Assembly (NCBI GenBank): GCA_965200155.1
Contig: CBDATR010000034.1
Coordinates: 174,849 to 238,848, forward strand
Origin: Nitrosopumilaceae archaeon
GTDB lineage: Archaea > Thermoproteota > Nitrososphaeria > Nitrososphaerales > Nitrosopumilaceae
Length of the DNA: 64,000 nucleotides
Direction of reading: 5' to 3'
Within the stretch, counting starts at the first letter, position 1, and every line of letters begins with the position of its first letter. A model generated the notes under the pieces. The model did not search any database, was not told the origin of the DNA, and saw nothing but the letters and a program-made list of their open reading frames with translations. This document shows positions 41,845 to 52,429 of the stretch, in pieces. A program made the translations under genes and the position numbers.

Positions 41845-43107
41845 ATGAAATATTATGCATCATTTGCACTCATGGCGCTAACTGTGGTGGCAGTTCCCGC
41901 CATGGCAGATGATGGAATGTCATATTATATAATCACTACCACGTGTGCCATATACTCTGATCTTGACGACATAATGGATACCAGCCTTACCAGTCAGTAC
42001 TGCGATATAAGTATAGAGTATGTTGTTAATCCGTCCATTACAGTGAATGTGGATTTGCCTTCGGGCTCGCTATTTCCTGTTTGTGTAGATACGGATACAT
42101 GCTTTGTGCCAAGCACGAGGGTGATCGAACCTGGGATAGAGGTAGTCTGGATAAACAACGACAACGTATTGCACTCGGTAACTAGTACTGATCCCGACTC
42201 AGACGTGGTATTTGATGAATTACTAAATCCAGGCGAGAGTTTTGGCTTACAGTTTGACACCTTGGGCACATACTCATACACTTGTACCTTACACCCTTGG
42301 GCACACGCTGATATCGTAGTGGTCGAGGATATACTTCGTGCACCTCTCTCATCGGCCACGCATGACGTACTGAGATCCGATGACACCAAAATAGCTGTGG
42401 GTCAGATAATCGAGTTGTACAGTGAATATGGTGAGAGCGCCTTTGATATAGTCACTGCCATGTCGCCTGAATCAATCAATGATATAGCAATCACCATCTC
42501 TAACATAGACGACTTTGTAATTGTGGCCTCCAATTTTGCTCCCGAGAGTATCGGCTACTCGTTTGATCCAATTCTGGATGCCGCATCTTTGCCCGCGGAT
42601 GTGTATATTGACGCAATTGAGGAGCATGATGGTCTCTGGTTTACCCTACCCCTCTCAATAACTGATGATACTATGGGCGAATATCGCCGTAGCTGGTCGC
42701 AGGTATCTGGTAACTATATCTTTACTGGCAGCGCTATTGATATTGATAACCTGTGGGTACAGCATGTAGTTGAGAATGCAATTCTCGTATACCACCTAGA
42801 TGGTAGTAACTCAGACTTTGACCGGATAAATACACTGATGAGCCAGGATCCTACCTATCCCTTCGTGCTTGATACTGCAACCCGGACCGTAGTGGCGCAT
42901 GGCTCAAACCCATCTCTAGTGGGTGAACCATCAATAGTATTCAGCGACTCTACTGTAACCATCGAGGAGTTCGAAAATCTGGAAGATGGTGCGGGTATTT
43001 GGGCTGAGTACACGTTCCCGAATCCCTCTACTGGAGAAGATGCCCTAAAGCGTTCTTGGCTGGTTAAGGAGAGTGGATACATATTCGGTTCCGGCTACTT
43101 TCCATAG
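41845..43107 (+). CDS. secreted cupredoxin (plastocyanin-like) + two Cache-like domains
   Basis: Signal peptide; CFVPS..VI.PG..V.W.N.D...HSV, YTCTLHPWA; YPFVLD..VVAHG.NP.LVG, W.EY.F.NP.TG...K.SW, GYIFGSGY. Confidence 0.82.
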   Translation: MKYYASFALMALTVVAVPAMADDGMSYYIITTTCAIYSDLDDIMDTSLTSQYCDISIEYVVNPSITVNVDLPSGSLFPVCVDTDTCFVPSTRVIEPGIEVVWINNDNVLHSVTSTDPDSDVVFDELLNPGESFGLQFDTLGTYSYTCTLHPWAHADIVVVEDILRAPLSSATHDVLRSDDTKIAVGQIIELYSEYGESAFDIVTAMSPESINDIAITISNIDDFVIVASNFAPESIGYSFDPILDAASLPADVYIDAIEEHDGLWFTLPLSITDDTMGEYRRSWSQVSGNYIFTGSAIDIDNLWVQHVVENAILVYHLDGSNSDFDRINTLMSQDPTYPFVLDTATRTVVAHGSNPSLVGEPSIVFSDSTVTIEEFENLEDGAGIWAEYTFPNPSTGEDALKRSWLVKESGYIFGSGYFP

Positions 43108-43252
43108 TGGCTGCTAGACTCTGTACTCATTTTTGGGAATAACTCACATGTCTGCACTTATTGCACAACAGATTGGGATGTGGCTAAAGACGTGAATTCA
43201 TGAGTCGTAACAGTTTGGCTCGTGCGACTCTAAACCCGGAGAGTGTATATTA

Positions 43253-43342
43253 TAACGAACGCCATAATTCTTTGGCATGCAAGACGAGGATTGTATGTGA
43301 CAAATGTGGGATTTGTTACCTAGAGACTTATGGTGGCCGCTA
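43253..43342. mobile_element. MITE-C with IS630-like TIR
   Basis: TA|taacgaacgccataattctttg ... gagacttatggtggccgcta|TA. Confidence 0.55.
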
Positions 43343-43428
43343 TAGGTTGGGACAACCCGTGTTTACATTAATTACAGTGTGATTTGCTCACGAGATTCCG
43401 GAACTCGTACAAGTTAGGGACTGGTCTG

Positions 43429-43717
43429 GTAACCGTTTGGGTCGCTCCGAATTGCTTTCATGACACAATTCGGTAACCACAAGCCCGAAGCGGTAGGTGA
43501 TAAACCCCGCTAGCCCTAACGTATGTTGTGTTCGCAAATGTCGCGCAGTCAGATAGCAAGATTTAGTCCCTGCCTTGGTGGCATATTAGGAAAAATACTT
43601 GGGTGACCTAAACGATTACTAACATATCCATTCCTACTTTTTCAATCATGATATCTCACATATGCCCATGAATTCGCCATCTAGATGTATGATCTTTAAC
43701 GTGACCTAAACGGTTAC
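43429..43717. mobile_element. chimeric MITE-B (two fused bodies)
   Basis: 9-bp TSD actggtctg; internal TIR ends at 43619. Confidence 0.8.
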
Positions 43718-43768
43718 ACTGGTCTGTGCCATCAAAACCATATATCCCCATTTCGTCATTATTATGAT

Positions 43769-45406
43769 ATGATCGGCAAGGGACTAGGCATAGTCGTGAA
43801 CCGCCTGACTGTGGGTTTCGTATTCGCCTTTATCTATCAGGCAATAACCGGTGTTGTAACATCTATACTGTCTATACCCCTTACCGGTACCGTTAATGAT
43901 CTCATACTGGGCATAGAGAATCCTGATGCCAGCCTGCTGGCTATTGCATGGTGGATTATATCCACCATAATGTTCCCGCTTATAGCTGTGCAGCTTATGC
44001 GCATTCGCCGGTATATCTCGCCATACAAAAAGGAGAATATGGATGCGCCTCCCAATGTTACCATAGTAAGCCTGGTGATACTGGGGGCCATGATGTCCAT
44101 TACGTTCTATCTGATGGACTTGGTGGTAGGCTCCAGTAGCGTAGCCAACGTATCCATGATATACCAGGCTGCGGCGATGGGTGACTTTGTACCACTTACC
44201 ATAAGTATAGTGTTCTCCATAGTGGCAGGGTTTGTAGTGGTGGGCGTCATGGGACGCGCAAAAAAGGTCAGGGAGCTGACCCGGGGTGTGGGCTCAGTAG
44301 ATCGCCTACGAAGGAAATTGGCTCGGGATGAATCCGGAACCAAGACCATAGCTGGCACTAGGGGCATGGCACCGGGAACTGCGATATTTGTCGGAACCCG
44401 CAAGGTGGAGAAAGCTTGGTTCTCTACTATGCGCTATAACGAGGCCAGTTTACAAGAAGTAAGCAAGACCCATGACATATCTACCTGTCTTGAGCCCACC
44501 ACTACCGGCGTAAACTGGATTAACATGACCGGTATACACGACAAGGAATCCATAATAGAACTGGGCAGGCGCTTTGGTCTTCATGAGCTGCGTATATCTG
44601 ATATACTGAACACGGATATGCGTCCGAAGACCGATGTAGACAAGAATAACATATTCGTTGCCCTAAAGATGCCTCATTATGATGCCACGACCTCCTCCAG
44701 TGAAAAGGTCGACGTAATGGTGGAGCATATCAGTGTCGTACTGGGACCGGACTATGTACTCTCGTTCCAGGAGACTGAAGAGGATGTATTTGATAAGGTG
44801 CGGGAGAACATACGGAAATTCAAGGGCCAGTTCCGTACCATGGGCAGTGATTATCTGGCCTATGCGTTAATTGATGCCATTGTGGACACGGTATTTGTTA
44901 TACTGGAAGATTTGGGTGACAAGACCGAAGACATTGAAGATAATTTGATAGATAATCCCAACCAGAAAACCCTGGAGGCCATTTACGACCTAAAAAGGGA
45001 GATGGTAATGCTCAGACGCATAATATCACCCATGCGAGAGGTCATAAATGCCCTGGACAGAACCAACTCACCACTCATACATGACAACACCAAAAAGTAC
45101 CTGCAGGATGCCTATAATCACGCGGTCCAGACCATGGAGGTACTGGAGTCATTGCGTGATACCGTCGCTGGCATGCTGGATACATATCTGTCCATAGTAA
45201 GTAACAAGACCAACGACGTCATGAAGACGCTGACTATTATAGCCAGCATATTCATCCCTACCACATTTGTAGCTGGCGTATATGGTACGAACTTTGCACA
45301 TATCCCCGAACTGGACTGGGAGTATGGTTACTTTGTCATGCTGGGCATAATGGCAACAATATCCGGGTTTATGCTGGTGTGGTTCAGAAAGAAATCATGG
45401 TTATAA
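43769..45406 (+). CDS. corA: CorA-family transporter with extra N-terminal 4-TM domain
   Basis: G.APGT..FVG, WIN.TG.HD, MKTLTIIASIFIP.TF.AG.YGTNF..IPEL.W. Confidence 0.85.
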   Translation: MIGKGLGIVVNRLTVGFVFAFIYQAITGVVTSILSIPLTGTVNDLILGIENPDASLLAIAWWIISTIMFPLIAVQLMRIRRYISPYKKENMDAPPNVTIVSLVILGAMMSITFYLMDLVVGSSSVANVSMIYQAAAMGDFVPLTISIVFSIVAGFVVVGVMGRAKKVRELTRGVGSVDRLRRKLARDESGTKTIAGTRGMAPGTAIFVGTRKVEKAWFSTMRYNEASLQEVSKTHDISTCLEPTTTGVNWINMTGIHDKESIIELGRRFGLHELRISDILNTDMRPKTDVDKNNIFVALKMPHYDATTSSSEKVDVMVEHISVVLGPDYVLSFQETEEDVFDKVRENIRKFKGQFRTMGSDYLAYALIDAIVDTVFVILEDLGDKTEDIEDNLIDNPNQKTLEAIYDLKREMVMLRRIISPMREVINALDRTNSPLIHDNTKKYLQDAYNHAVQTMEVLESLRDTVAGMLDTYLSIVSNKTNDVMKTLTIIASIFIPTTFVAGVYGTNFAHIPELDWEYGYFVMLGIMATISGFMLVWFRKKSWL

Positions 45407-46200
45407 TACTACAAAAGATACATGATGTACTAGATGCCGATGGGACCCACGCCTCTACGCATTGCTTTCAGGTTTTTCTGGCAACACTGATTATACTTAA
45501 TGTAGTATTTACGATACTGGATACAGAACAGTCTGTCCATGAGACATACGGGCCATTCTTGGCACTTTTCAAGAGTATGTCTTTGGGCATATTTACCGTA
45601 GAGTATGCTTTACGCCTAATATCATACAGGAAACGGGGTGATACCCGGCGGTTTGCCTTGGCCAGACTAGTAGTGTCTCCGCTCATGTTGGTGGATTTAA
45701 TTGTAATACTGCCAATCTTTGTACCACTGTTTGTATCTGCCTCTGATTCAGATGTAGCACTTATTCATATACTGCGCTCCTTGCGCCTCTTTAGCATATT
45801 CAAGCTGGCAAGAATATCTCGGTCCATGAGGGATATGGGACTGGTAATGAGAAAGAGCGCCCCGGATCTGGGATTAGCATACTTTATCCTGTTTATCGTG
45901 CTGATACTGGCGTCCAGTATGATGTACTATGCAGAGCGGGAGGCGCAGCCACAAATCTTCTCCAGCATACCGGCCTCCATGTGGTGGGGTGTTGTGACCC
46001 TGACTACCGTGGGATATGGGGACACGTACCCCATTACGGTACTGGGCAGGAGCATAGCGGCGGTAATAGCCCTGCTGGGAATAGCCATATACGCACTGCC
46101 TACGGGAATTGTGGCTTCTGCATTTGTGTCGTATCGCCGGTCCAATACAAAGAAGGACAAGAATAACTACTGCAAACATTGCGGGAAGCGGCTGGACTAG
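45397..46200 (+). CDS. 6-TM voltage-gated-type potassium channel
   Basis: S4 ILRSLRLFSIFKLARISR; WW.VVTLTTVGYGD pore; C-terminal CxxC. Confidence 0.92.
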   Translation: MVIILQKIHDVLDADGTHASTHCFQVFLATLIILNVVFTILDTEQSVHETYGPFLALFKSMSLGIFTVEYALRLISYRKRGDTRRFALARLVVSPLMLVDLIVILPIFVPLFVSASDSDVALIHILRSLRLFSIFKLARISRSMRDMGLVMRKSAPDLGLAYFILFIVLILASSMMYYAEREAQPQIFSSIPASMWWGVVTLTTVGYGDTYPITVLGRSIAAVIALLGIAIYALPTGIVASAFVSYRRSNTKKDKNNYCKHCGKRLD

Positions 46201-46304
46201 TGGCTTGTGCGGACGCAACTCGAATCCCATGCATAAGGATAGGCGACTACTGGGAGTTGTATGAGTGTGCCTGTGTCTAAATTTGTGTATGATGGATTTC
46301 GTAC

Positions 46305-46873
46305 TATTGATTCAATTTTTGAGCCTGCATGTCAATTACTGTCTCCAGATTCCTGATCCACTCAGTCTGTATCTGGTTGAACGTCTGGTACTCGCCATTG
46401 ATCCTGACTAGTATGCGCCCATGAGATTTGCGTACTTGTCAGTGTAAGAGTTTGCCATCCGGGATCTTTACAACAAATTAGTATTCATGCTTGCGGTCGA
46501 ACCGTTCCTTTGCGCACGCTAAACGTTTTAGTTCCTTGTACTGCTCTATGGCGATTGCCTCCAGCTCCCTGATCCGTGCATCCAGTACCCGGCTGATCGC
46601 AGCACGCTCCTCATTACTCTTGGTCAGTATGAGTTCACCTGTGTCTAAATTTACGCACAACTGATGGAACAGGTTGTTCTAGTTAATGTGATTTGTACAT
46701 AAGATTCCGGAAGACGTGAACTCATACCTTGGTCAGTCTATTGATCTCATCCATGAGTCAGGCATTCCTGTCACGTAACATCTTGGCTTCCGGTCTTCCA
46801 TCTGGCGTGTATTGACGTAACCAGGATATGTGGTTGACGTAAAGCTGACCCTTCACGTGACCTAAACGGTTAC
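46305..46873 (-). mobile_element. IS66-B left-end fragment
   Basis: Near-identical to 17870-18334, ending gacctaaacggttac. Confidence 0.8.
46627..46727 (+). mobile_element. MITE-A (101 bp)
   Basis: TSD cttggtca; empty site at ~18190. Confidence 0.9.
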
Positions 46874-47591
46874 TTCACCGTCCATTGATTAATGCCATTA
46901 TGGCATGTTATATATGGCTGACCCTTCACGTGACCTAAACGGTTACTTCACCTCCGGACAACTGTCCAAAATACACGGCCAACATGTCTGTTCTTGCCTT
47001 TTCTATCATGTTGCCTCACATATGCCCATGAATTTACCATCTAGGTGTTGATCTTTAACTCGACCTATGGTTACTGGGCGCTCACTAATAGTCTAGTTTA
47101 CGTATAAGGGATGCAACATCAATTGGGATTGAATCTATGGAAGATCCAGGTACAATGCTCAGTCTTAAACATGCACATGATGCAGAACATGTTTGATGGT
47201 TTAAGTAATACCTCTAGAATATAATGGAGTCAATGAGGATACCGCATGAACTTTCTGAGGATATGCAGCTATAGTGATAGAAACATCCGGAATTGAATTG
47301 GTCCCAGGATGACGAATTGAGCAATGATACGGTATGTCCTATGCAAACATGTATTGTAATATGCCAATTTACAAAGTTCTAGACAAGAAATGAGCAAAGA
47401 GTGGAAACCTATTTGACAGCTACTGGGAAAAATCGTCTCTATAGACTAGTGTATTTGAGCATGAACTAACATCCCGGTGTAAAATACTACCAACAACACT
47501 CCAGATAGGTATACGCTCACGTATTCCTCACACCGTGCCCAGAAAGCGTTTGTCTCAGCGATAGTATACATGACTATGGGCCTAGGTGAAC

Positions 47592-48065
47592 TTATCCACC
47601 ATGTCTCCTCACGTCGGCCACCACATGTGGCACAAAGACTCTCTCTTCACACGTAACATCAAAACATTCCGGCCCTATTCTCTCTACTATGCTCTTGAAT
47701 GTACCCACCTCTGATACATCCTGTAGCGGAACCACTATGGTACCACCATCGTTAGCGGATATGGGCCTGTGCATGTTCCCTATTACGTGGCCCATCAATC
47801 CCCACATCTGCGGTGTAACATCAGATATAGCCCGTATTACACCAACCAGCTCCGGCACCTGCTCTATCATCATGTAATGGCCATCCCCACTTAGTACATC
47901 CCCATGATGCAGTATGGTCCCCCGTGGTAATGCTATCCCGACGTCAACACCACTCTTGGTGCGAACTCGGAGGCGACTCTTTTGTATGTCAGGGCGCCTC
48001 AATGGTATGATATCAAGTCCATGAGTATCTTTCCCGTACTCTATCCTGTCCAAGACTATTACCAT
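47592..48065 (-). CDS. ureE: urease accessory protein UreE
   Basis: KSRLRVRT..G.DVGI.LPRG..L..GDVL, GH.IGN.H.P. Confidence 0.87.
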   Translation of the reverse strand: MVIVLDRIEYGKDTHGLDIIPLRRPDIQKSRLRVRTKSGVDVGIALPRGTILHHGDVLSGDGHYMMIEQVPELVGVIRAISDVTPQMWGLMGHVIGNMHRPISANDGGTIVVPLQDVSEVGTFKSIVERIGPECFDVTCEERVFVPHVVADVRRHGG

Positions 48066-48206
48066 TGCTTACAATATTCTATCACATGTATAATAGAAGT
48101 TCCATATGGTACACAAAACCCATGTATGGTTCTCACAGGATACTATTACCATTCCTAATACCATGATACAACGATAAATACCACGCTACACTACAACACC
48201 CATACC

Positions 48207-48509
48207 ATGATGCTCACTCCCCGGGAAGTTGACAAGCTGCAGATATTTGTCGCGGCGCAGCTTGCACGGAGGAGGCAGGAGCGGGGACTAAAACTGAATC
48301 ACCCGGAGGCGGTCGCCATTATATCGGATCACATTCTGGAGGGGGCAAGAGATGGCCGTTCTGTGGCGGAGCTGGCCAGTTCCGGCCGTAACATACTAAC
48401 CAGTAATGATGTCCTGCCGGGAGTATCATCACTAATACATTCAGTCCAGGTAGAGGCTACATTCGAGGACGGTACAAAACTGGTAACCGTCCATGAGCCC
48501 ATACGGTGA
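48207..48509 (+). CDS. ureA: urease gamma subunit
   Basis: [31 protein letters not shown]. Confidence 0.96.
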   Translation: MMLTPREVDKLQIFVAAQLARRRQERGLKLNHPEAVAIISDHILEGARDGRSVAELASSGRNILTSNDVLPGVSSLIHSVQVEATFEDGTKLVTVHEPIR

Positions 48510-48516
48510 TTACCCC

Positions 48517-48879
48517 ATGGAGCCGGGCGAGTATCTCATACAGGAAGGCGACATATCCATCAATGCTGGCCGCCAAACCAAAATCATTCCAGTCAGTAAT
48601 ACCGGAGACCGGCCCATACAGGTGGGTAGCCATGCTCATTTCTTTGAGGCGAACAGGGCGCTCTCCTTTCCCAGGATTGAGGCTTACGGTTACCACCTGA
48701 ACATACCCGCGGGTACATCCATACGCTTTGAGCCAGGTGACACCAGATCAGTGGAGTTGGTAGAATATGGTGGGAAGGGAATAATCTATGGCTTCGGGGG
48801 GCTGGTGCAGGGTCCGCTAAACGAGAGAATCAATCAGGCCACAGAGAAGGCCCGGAGGCGGGGGTACACGGGAATATGA
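48517..48879 (+). CDS. ureB: urease beta subunit
   Basis: [31 protein letters not shown]. Confidence 0.95.
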   Translation: MEPGEYLIQEGDISINAGRQTKIIPVSNTGDRPIQVGSHAHFFEANRALSFPRIEAYGYHLNIPAGTSIRFEPGDTRSVELVEYGGKGIIYGFGGLVQGPLNERINQATEKARRRGYTGI

Positions 48880-50585
48880 CTTTATCAATATCCCGAAAAT
48901 CATACGCTCAGTTATACGGGCCTACCACCGGCGACAGGGTCCGGCTGGCAGACACCGACCTAATACTACAGATAGAGAAGGATCTCCTACGACACGGTGA
49001 TGAGGCGGTCTTTGGTGGGGGCAAGACCATCCGTGACGGCATGGCCCAGAGTAGCGGGTGCCACCGGGACGGATCCCTGGACTTGGTGATAACCAATGCC
49101 ATAGTAATGGACCCCATTCTTGGAATAGTAAAGGCCGACATTGGCGTCAAGGACGGCCGTATCATAGGGGTGGGCAATGCCGGGAACCCTGACATCATGG
49201 ATGACATTGACATGACCATATCATCCAGTACCGAGGTTATAGCTGGCGAGCACACCATATGCACGCCCGGCACCATAGATGCCCATGTCCATTACATATC
49301 ACCGCAGCAGGTGACCGAGGCTCTCTGCGCCGGTACCACAACAATGATTGGCGGCGGTACAGGACCCGCGGACGGGACCAATGCCACCACATGCACGCCG
49401 GGCGCCTGGAACATACACCGCATGATGGAGGCTGCCGAGCAGTTTCCGGTAAATATGGGATTCCTCTGCAAGGGGAACGATTCCAGGGACTATACATTAC
49501 TGGACCAGCTAGAGGCCGGTGCCTGCGGACTAAAACTGCACGAGGACTGGGGTACCACCCCCGCCACAATAGACGCGGCTCTAAGAATAGCCGACAGGAC
49601 TGATACACAGGTAGCCATACACACTGACACCCTGAATGAGTGCGGATTCGTAGATGACACCATATCTGCCATAAATGGCAGGACCATACACACATATCAC
49701 ACCGAGGGTGCCGGGGGTGGCCACGCGCCGGATATCATTAGAATAGCGGGCCAGTCCAACGTACTGCCATCTTCCACTAATCCCACTAGACCATTCACCG
49801 TGAATACGCTGGATGAACACCTTGACATGATGATGGTATGCCATCACCTCAGCCCACTGGTACCGGAAGACGTCTCCTTTGCGGAATCACGCATACGGCG
49901 AGAAACCATTGCAGCAGAAGACATACTTCATGATATGGGTGTGTTAAGCATAATGTCCTCGGACAGCCAAGCCATGGGGCGGGTGGCCGAGGTAACGACA
50001 CGAAACTGGCAGACCGCGGACTGCATGAAAAAGACAAGGGGACCATTGCCAGAAGACACTGAACATAATGACAATTATAGAATCAAGCGGTACCTAGCCA
50101 AGATAACCCTGAATCCGGCCATCACTCACGGCATATCTAATCATGTGGGAACACTGCAGCCGGGCAGGATAGCCGACATCGTTCTATGGTCGCCCAAATT
50201 CTTTGGAATAAAGCCAAAGATGATAGTCAAGGGCGGCATGATTGTTTATTCAGTAATGGGGGATCCCAACGCCTCCATACCAACTACCGAGCCTGTCCGC
50301 TACCGGCCCATGTGGGGTTCTCTTGGAAGCGCGCCCCACTCCCTGGCGGTCACATTCACATCAAAGTTGGCCCTCAAGAACGGGATTGACTCCATTACGC
50401 GGCGACCCATGATACCGGTCCAGGACTGCCGCAATATATCCAAGAGTGACATGCTACACAATGATGCCACGCCGGATATACATGTGAATCCGGAGACATA
50501 CGAGGTACGCGTGGACGGCAATATAATATCGGACGGCTCCCCTGCCAAAAAGGTCTCCATGGGTCGTTTATACAGCCTGTACTAG
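48876..50585 (+). CDS. ureC: urease alpha subunit
   Basis: [45 protein letters not shown]. Confidence 0.97.
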   Translation: MTLSISRKSYAQLYGPTTGDRVRLADTDLILQIEKDLLRHGDEAVFGGGKTIRDGMAQSSGCHRDGSLDLVITNAIVMDPILGIVKADIGVKDGRIIGVGNAGNPDIMDDIDMTISSSTEVIAGEHTICTPGTIDAHVHYISPQQVTEALCAGTTTMIGGGTGPADGTNATTCTPGAWNIHRMMEAAEQFPVNMGFLCKGNDSRDYTLLDQLEAGACGLKLHEDWGTTPATIDAALRIADRTDTQVAIHTDTLNECGFVDDTISAINGRTIHTYHTEGAGGGHAPDIIRIAGQSNVLPSSTNPTRPFTVNTLDEHLDMMMVCHHLSPLVPEDVSFAESRIRRETIAAEDILHDMGVLSIMSSDSQAMGRVAEVTTRNWQTADCMKKTRGPLPEDTEHNDNYRIKRYLAKITLNPAITHGISNHVGTLQPGRIADIVLWSPKFFGIKPKMIVKGGMIVYSVMGDPNASIPTTEPVRYRPMWGSLGSAPHSLAVTFTSKLALKNGIDSITRRPMIPVQDCRNISKSDMLHNDATPDIHVNPETYEVRVDGNIISDGSPAKKVSMGRLYSLY

Positions 50586-50794
50586 CAGTGGTAAACTGGA
50601 GTATGAGTTTCACATATTCCTCAATTGTGCTGTTCATCGAGCTGCATGTATCAATTATGTCTCTGGAGTATACCCGGTCCCCATTGTTAAGTGACAGTCA
50701 GCAATCACACAATGGAGAATATCTATCATGAATCACTACAAAGTTTGCCAGCGGGCAGTTGCCGGTATCGGCAAACCATTCAGGTACTCCAGTA

Positions 50795-50903
50795 GTTCTC
50801 ATACCAATGTGGAGCTGGAGCGGCGCAACAACCCACCTGGGTGACTTTATCTGGATTGCACTGATACAGTTCTCATACCAATGTGGAGCTGGAGCGGCGC
50901 AAC
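50795..50903. CRISPR. orphan CRISPR-like repeat-spacer-repeat
   Basis: Exact 35-bp repeat gttctcataccaatgtggagctggagcggcgcaac at 50795 and 50869 with a 39-bp unique spacer; no cas genes in window. Confidence 0.45.
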
Positions 50904-51083
50904 ACTGGTTGCCGAGTCTAATTCAAGATCAAGCCACACTTGACACATTTTACCATAATGGTCATTGCAATTGTCTCCCACGACACTGAGTGGGGGGATT
51001 ACCATTTTCCCCTGACTATACACTAAATCTTGTCACACTCCATGACACGCCCCTGGTTCCACTTAGAGAAGTTGCCGATATCG

Positions 51084-52357
51084 GAGTTTGTTGCATAACT
51101 GACTTTGACAGAATACAGGTTCCCCATGTCGTGATCTACGTTGCTGCCGCGTCCACCCACTCGTTGTACTCGTATGTTATCCCATTTCCGCGCCATTAAT
51201 CTGTGCCCGAATAATAGTTTGAACGGGAAGCGGCTCCATGATTATCTCGATTATCAATCGCCTGTTGTACCCTTTTGCCGCCTTCCAGTACTGCTTGTTT
51301 TCGGCCTTTTCCTCATCAGAAAGGCGGAAAATGGGCGATTCCGGGCTTCCTCCAAGACTGCAAGTCCCCATGAGTCGCCTTTCCTTTGTTGGAATTTAGC
51401 TGAAGTGGAATGGTTGTCCGGATTCGATTATCACTACACAATTTCATGTTATCCCTGGACGCGTATGCTCTGTATGAGTTCACGTCTTCCGGAATCTTGT
51501 GCACAAATCACATTAACTGGTAACCGGTTCTATCAGTTGTGCGTAAATTTAGACACAGGTGAACTCATACTATGCTCCATCTGCAAACAACTCGAGGTTG
51601 CATGCGCGTTTGTCATCATTATTCGGTAAGGGGGACACACCGTTAGTCAGCGCGTTTCCGGGTGGTGGCTTATCTGTTGGTCCTGCCAGAGATGGCAACT
51701 GTTGCAATGAGTCCGGAACTTTCCAATTCCAGGGTGTGCTCCCTGTCCAGTTGTGGCTCTTCTGCATACGAGCTCAGTACTGCATTGTTTAACATGCGCG
51801 TATCCCCAATATACTAGCCGGTAACGGCGAATGCGTGCGCTCTCTCCGTCCATGGGGACTGATGAATCCGCGCCTCTTCTTGGCCATGACCGCGACTGCA
51901 CTTTTCAAGGCCGGTCGAGTCAACAATCATGGTTCTAGTCAGCTTTTTGTCTGTGCCGACAATCATGCCATTCCTCTTCTATGTCAAGATCTTTTCCGCG
52001 TCTGTAGTGTAGTGCGGGGTTTGGTGTCCTTCCAGTAGTCCTGCAAGGAACGGATACCTGTCTGTATCTCATACCTAATGCCGTTCTCAGTGTCATGTAA
52101 CATGCCCACGGCATACTGGTAGGGAGCACCCTACTTGTTATGGTTGGCCTTTTCAATCCCATGCATGGTTAAAGCCAAATAGCTTCCCAATGGACGTACT
52201 TGGCATTGTCGGTGAATACCATCAAGTTTGTTTAAAAAATCTCATATGTAATACTTGGATCCAAGTTAGTAATCACTATGACAGAATAAACGAAAATACT
52301 CAAACCGTTTTCACATACATTTTTAATCTAACTTGTTTGGAGTTATGTGACAAACTA
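51084..52357 (-). mobile_element. IS5-family element, degenerate
   Basis: Inverted copy of 10976-12285; 8-bp TSD cgatatcg. Confidence 0.85.
51472..51570 (-). mobile_element. MITE-A (99 bp)
   Basis: TSD tatgctc(t/c). Confidence 0.88.
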
Positions 52358-52429
52358 CGATATCGGCAGAGTATATAACGAATCTGGCTACATTAATTTA
52401 CATATACTATTTGGAACCTAACCAAACCC

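Noticed and set aside
46844-46952. Second CRISPR-like repeat pair
   Set aside because: The repeat is the IS66-B terminal sequence.
50721-50980. Additional degenerate repeats extending the mini-array at +/-74 bp
   Set aside because: Only scattered matches; not distinguishable from chance.
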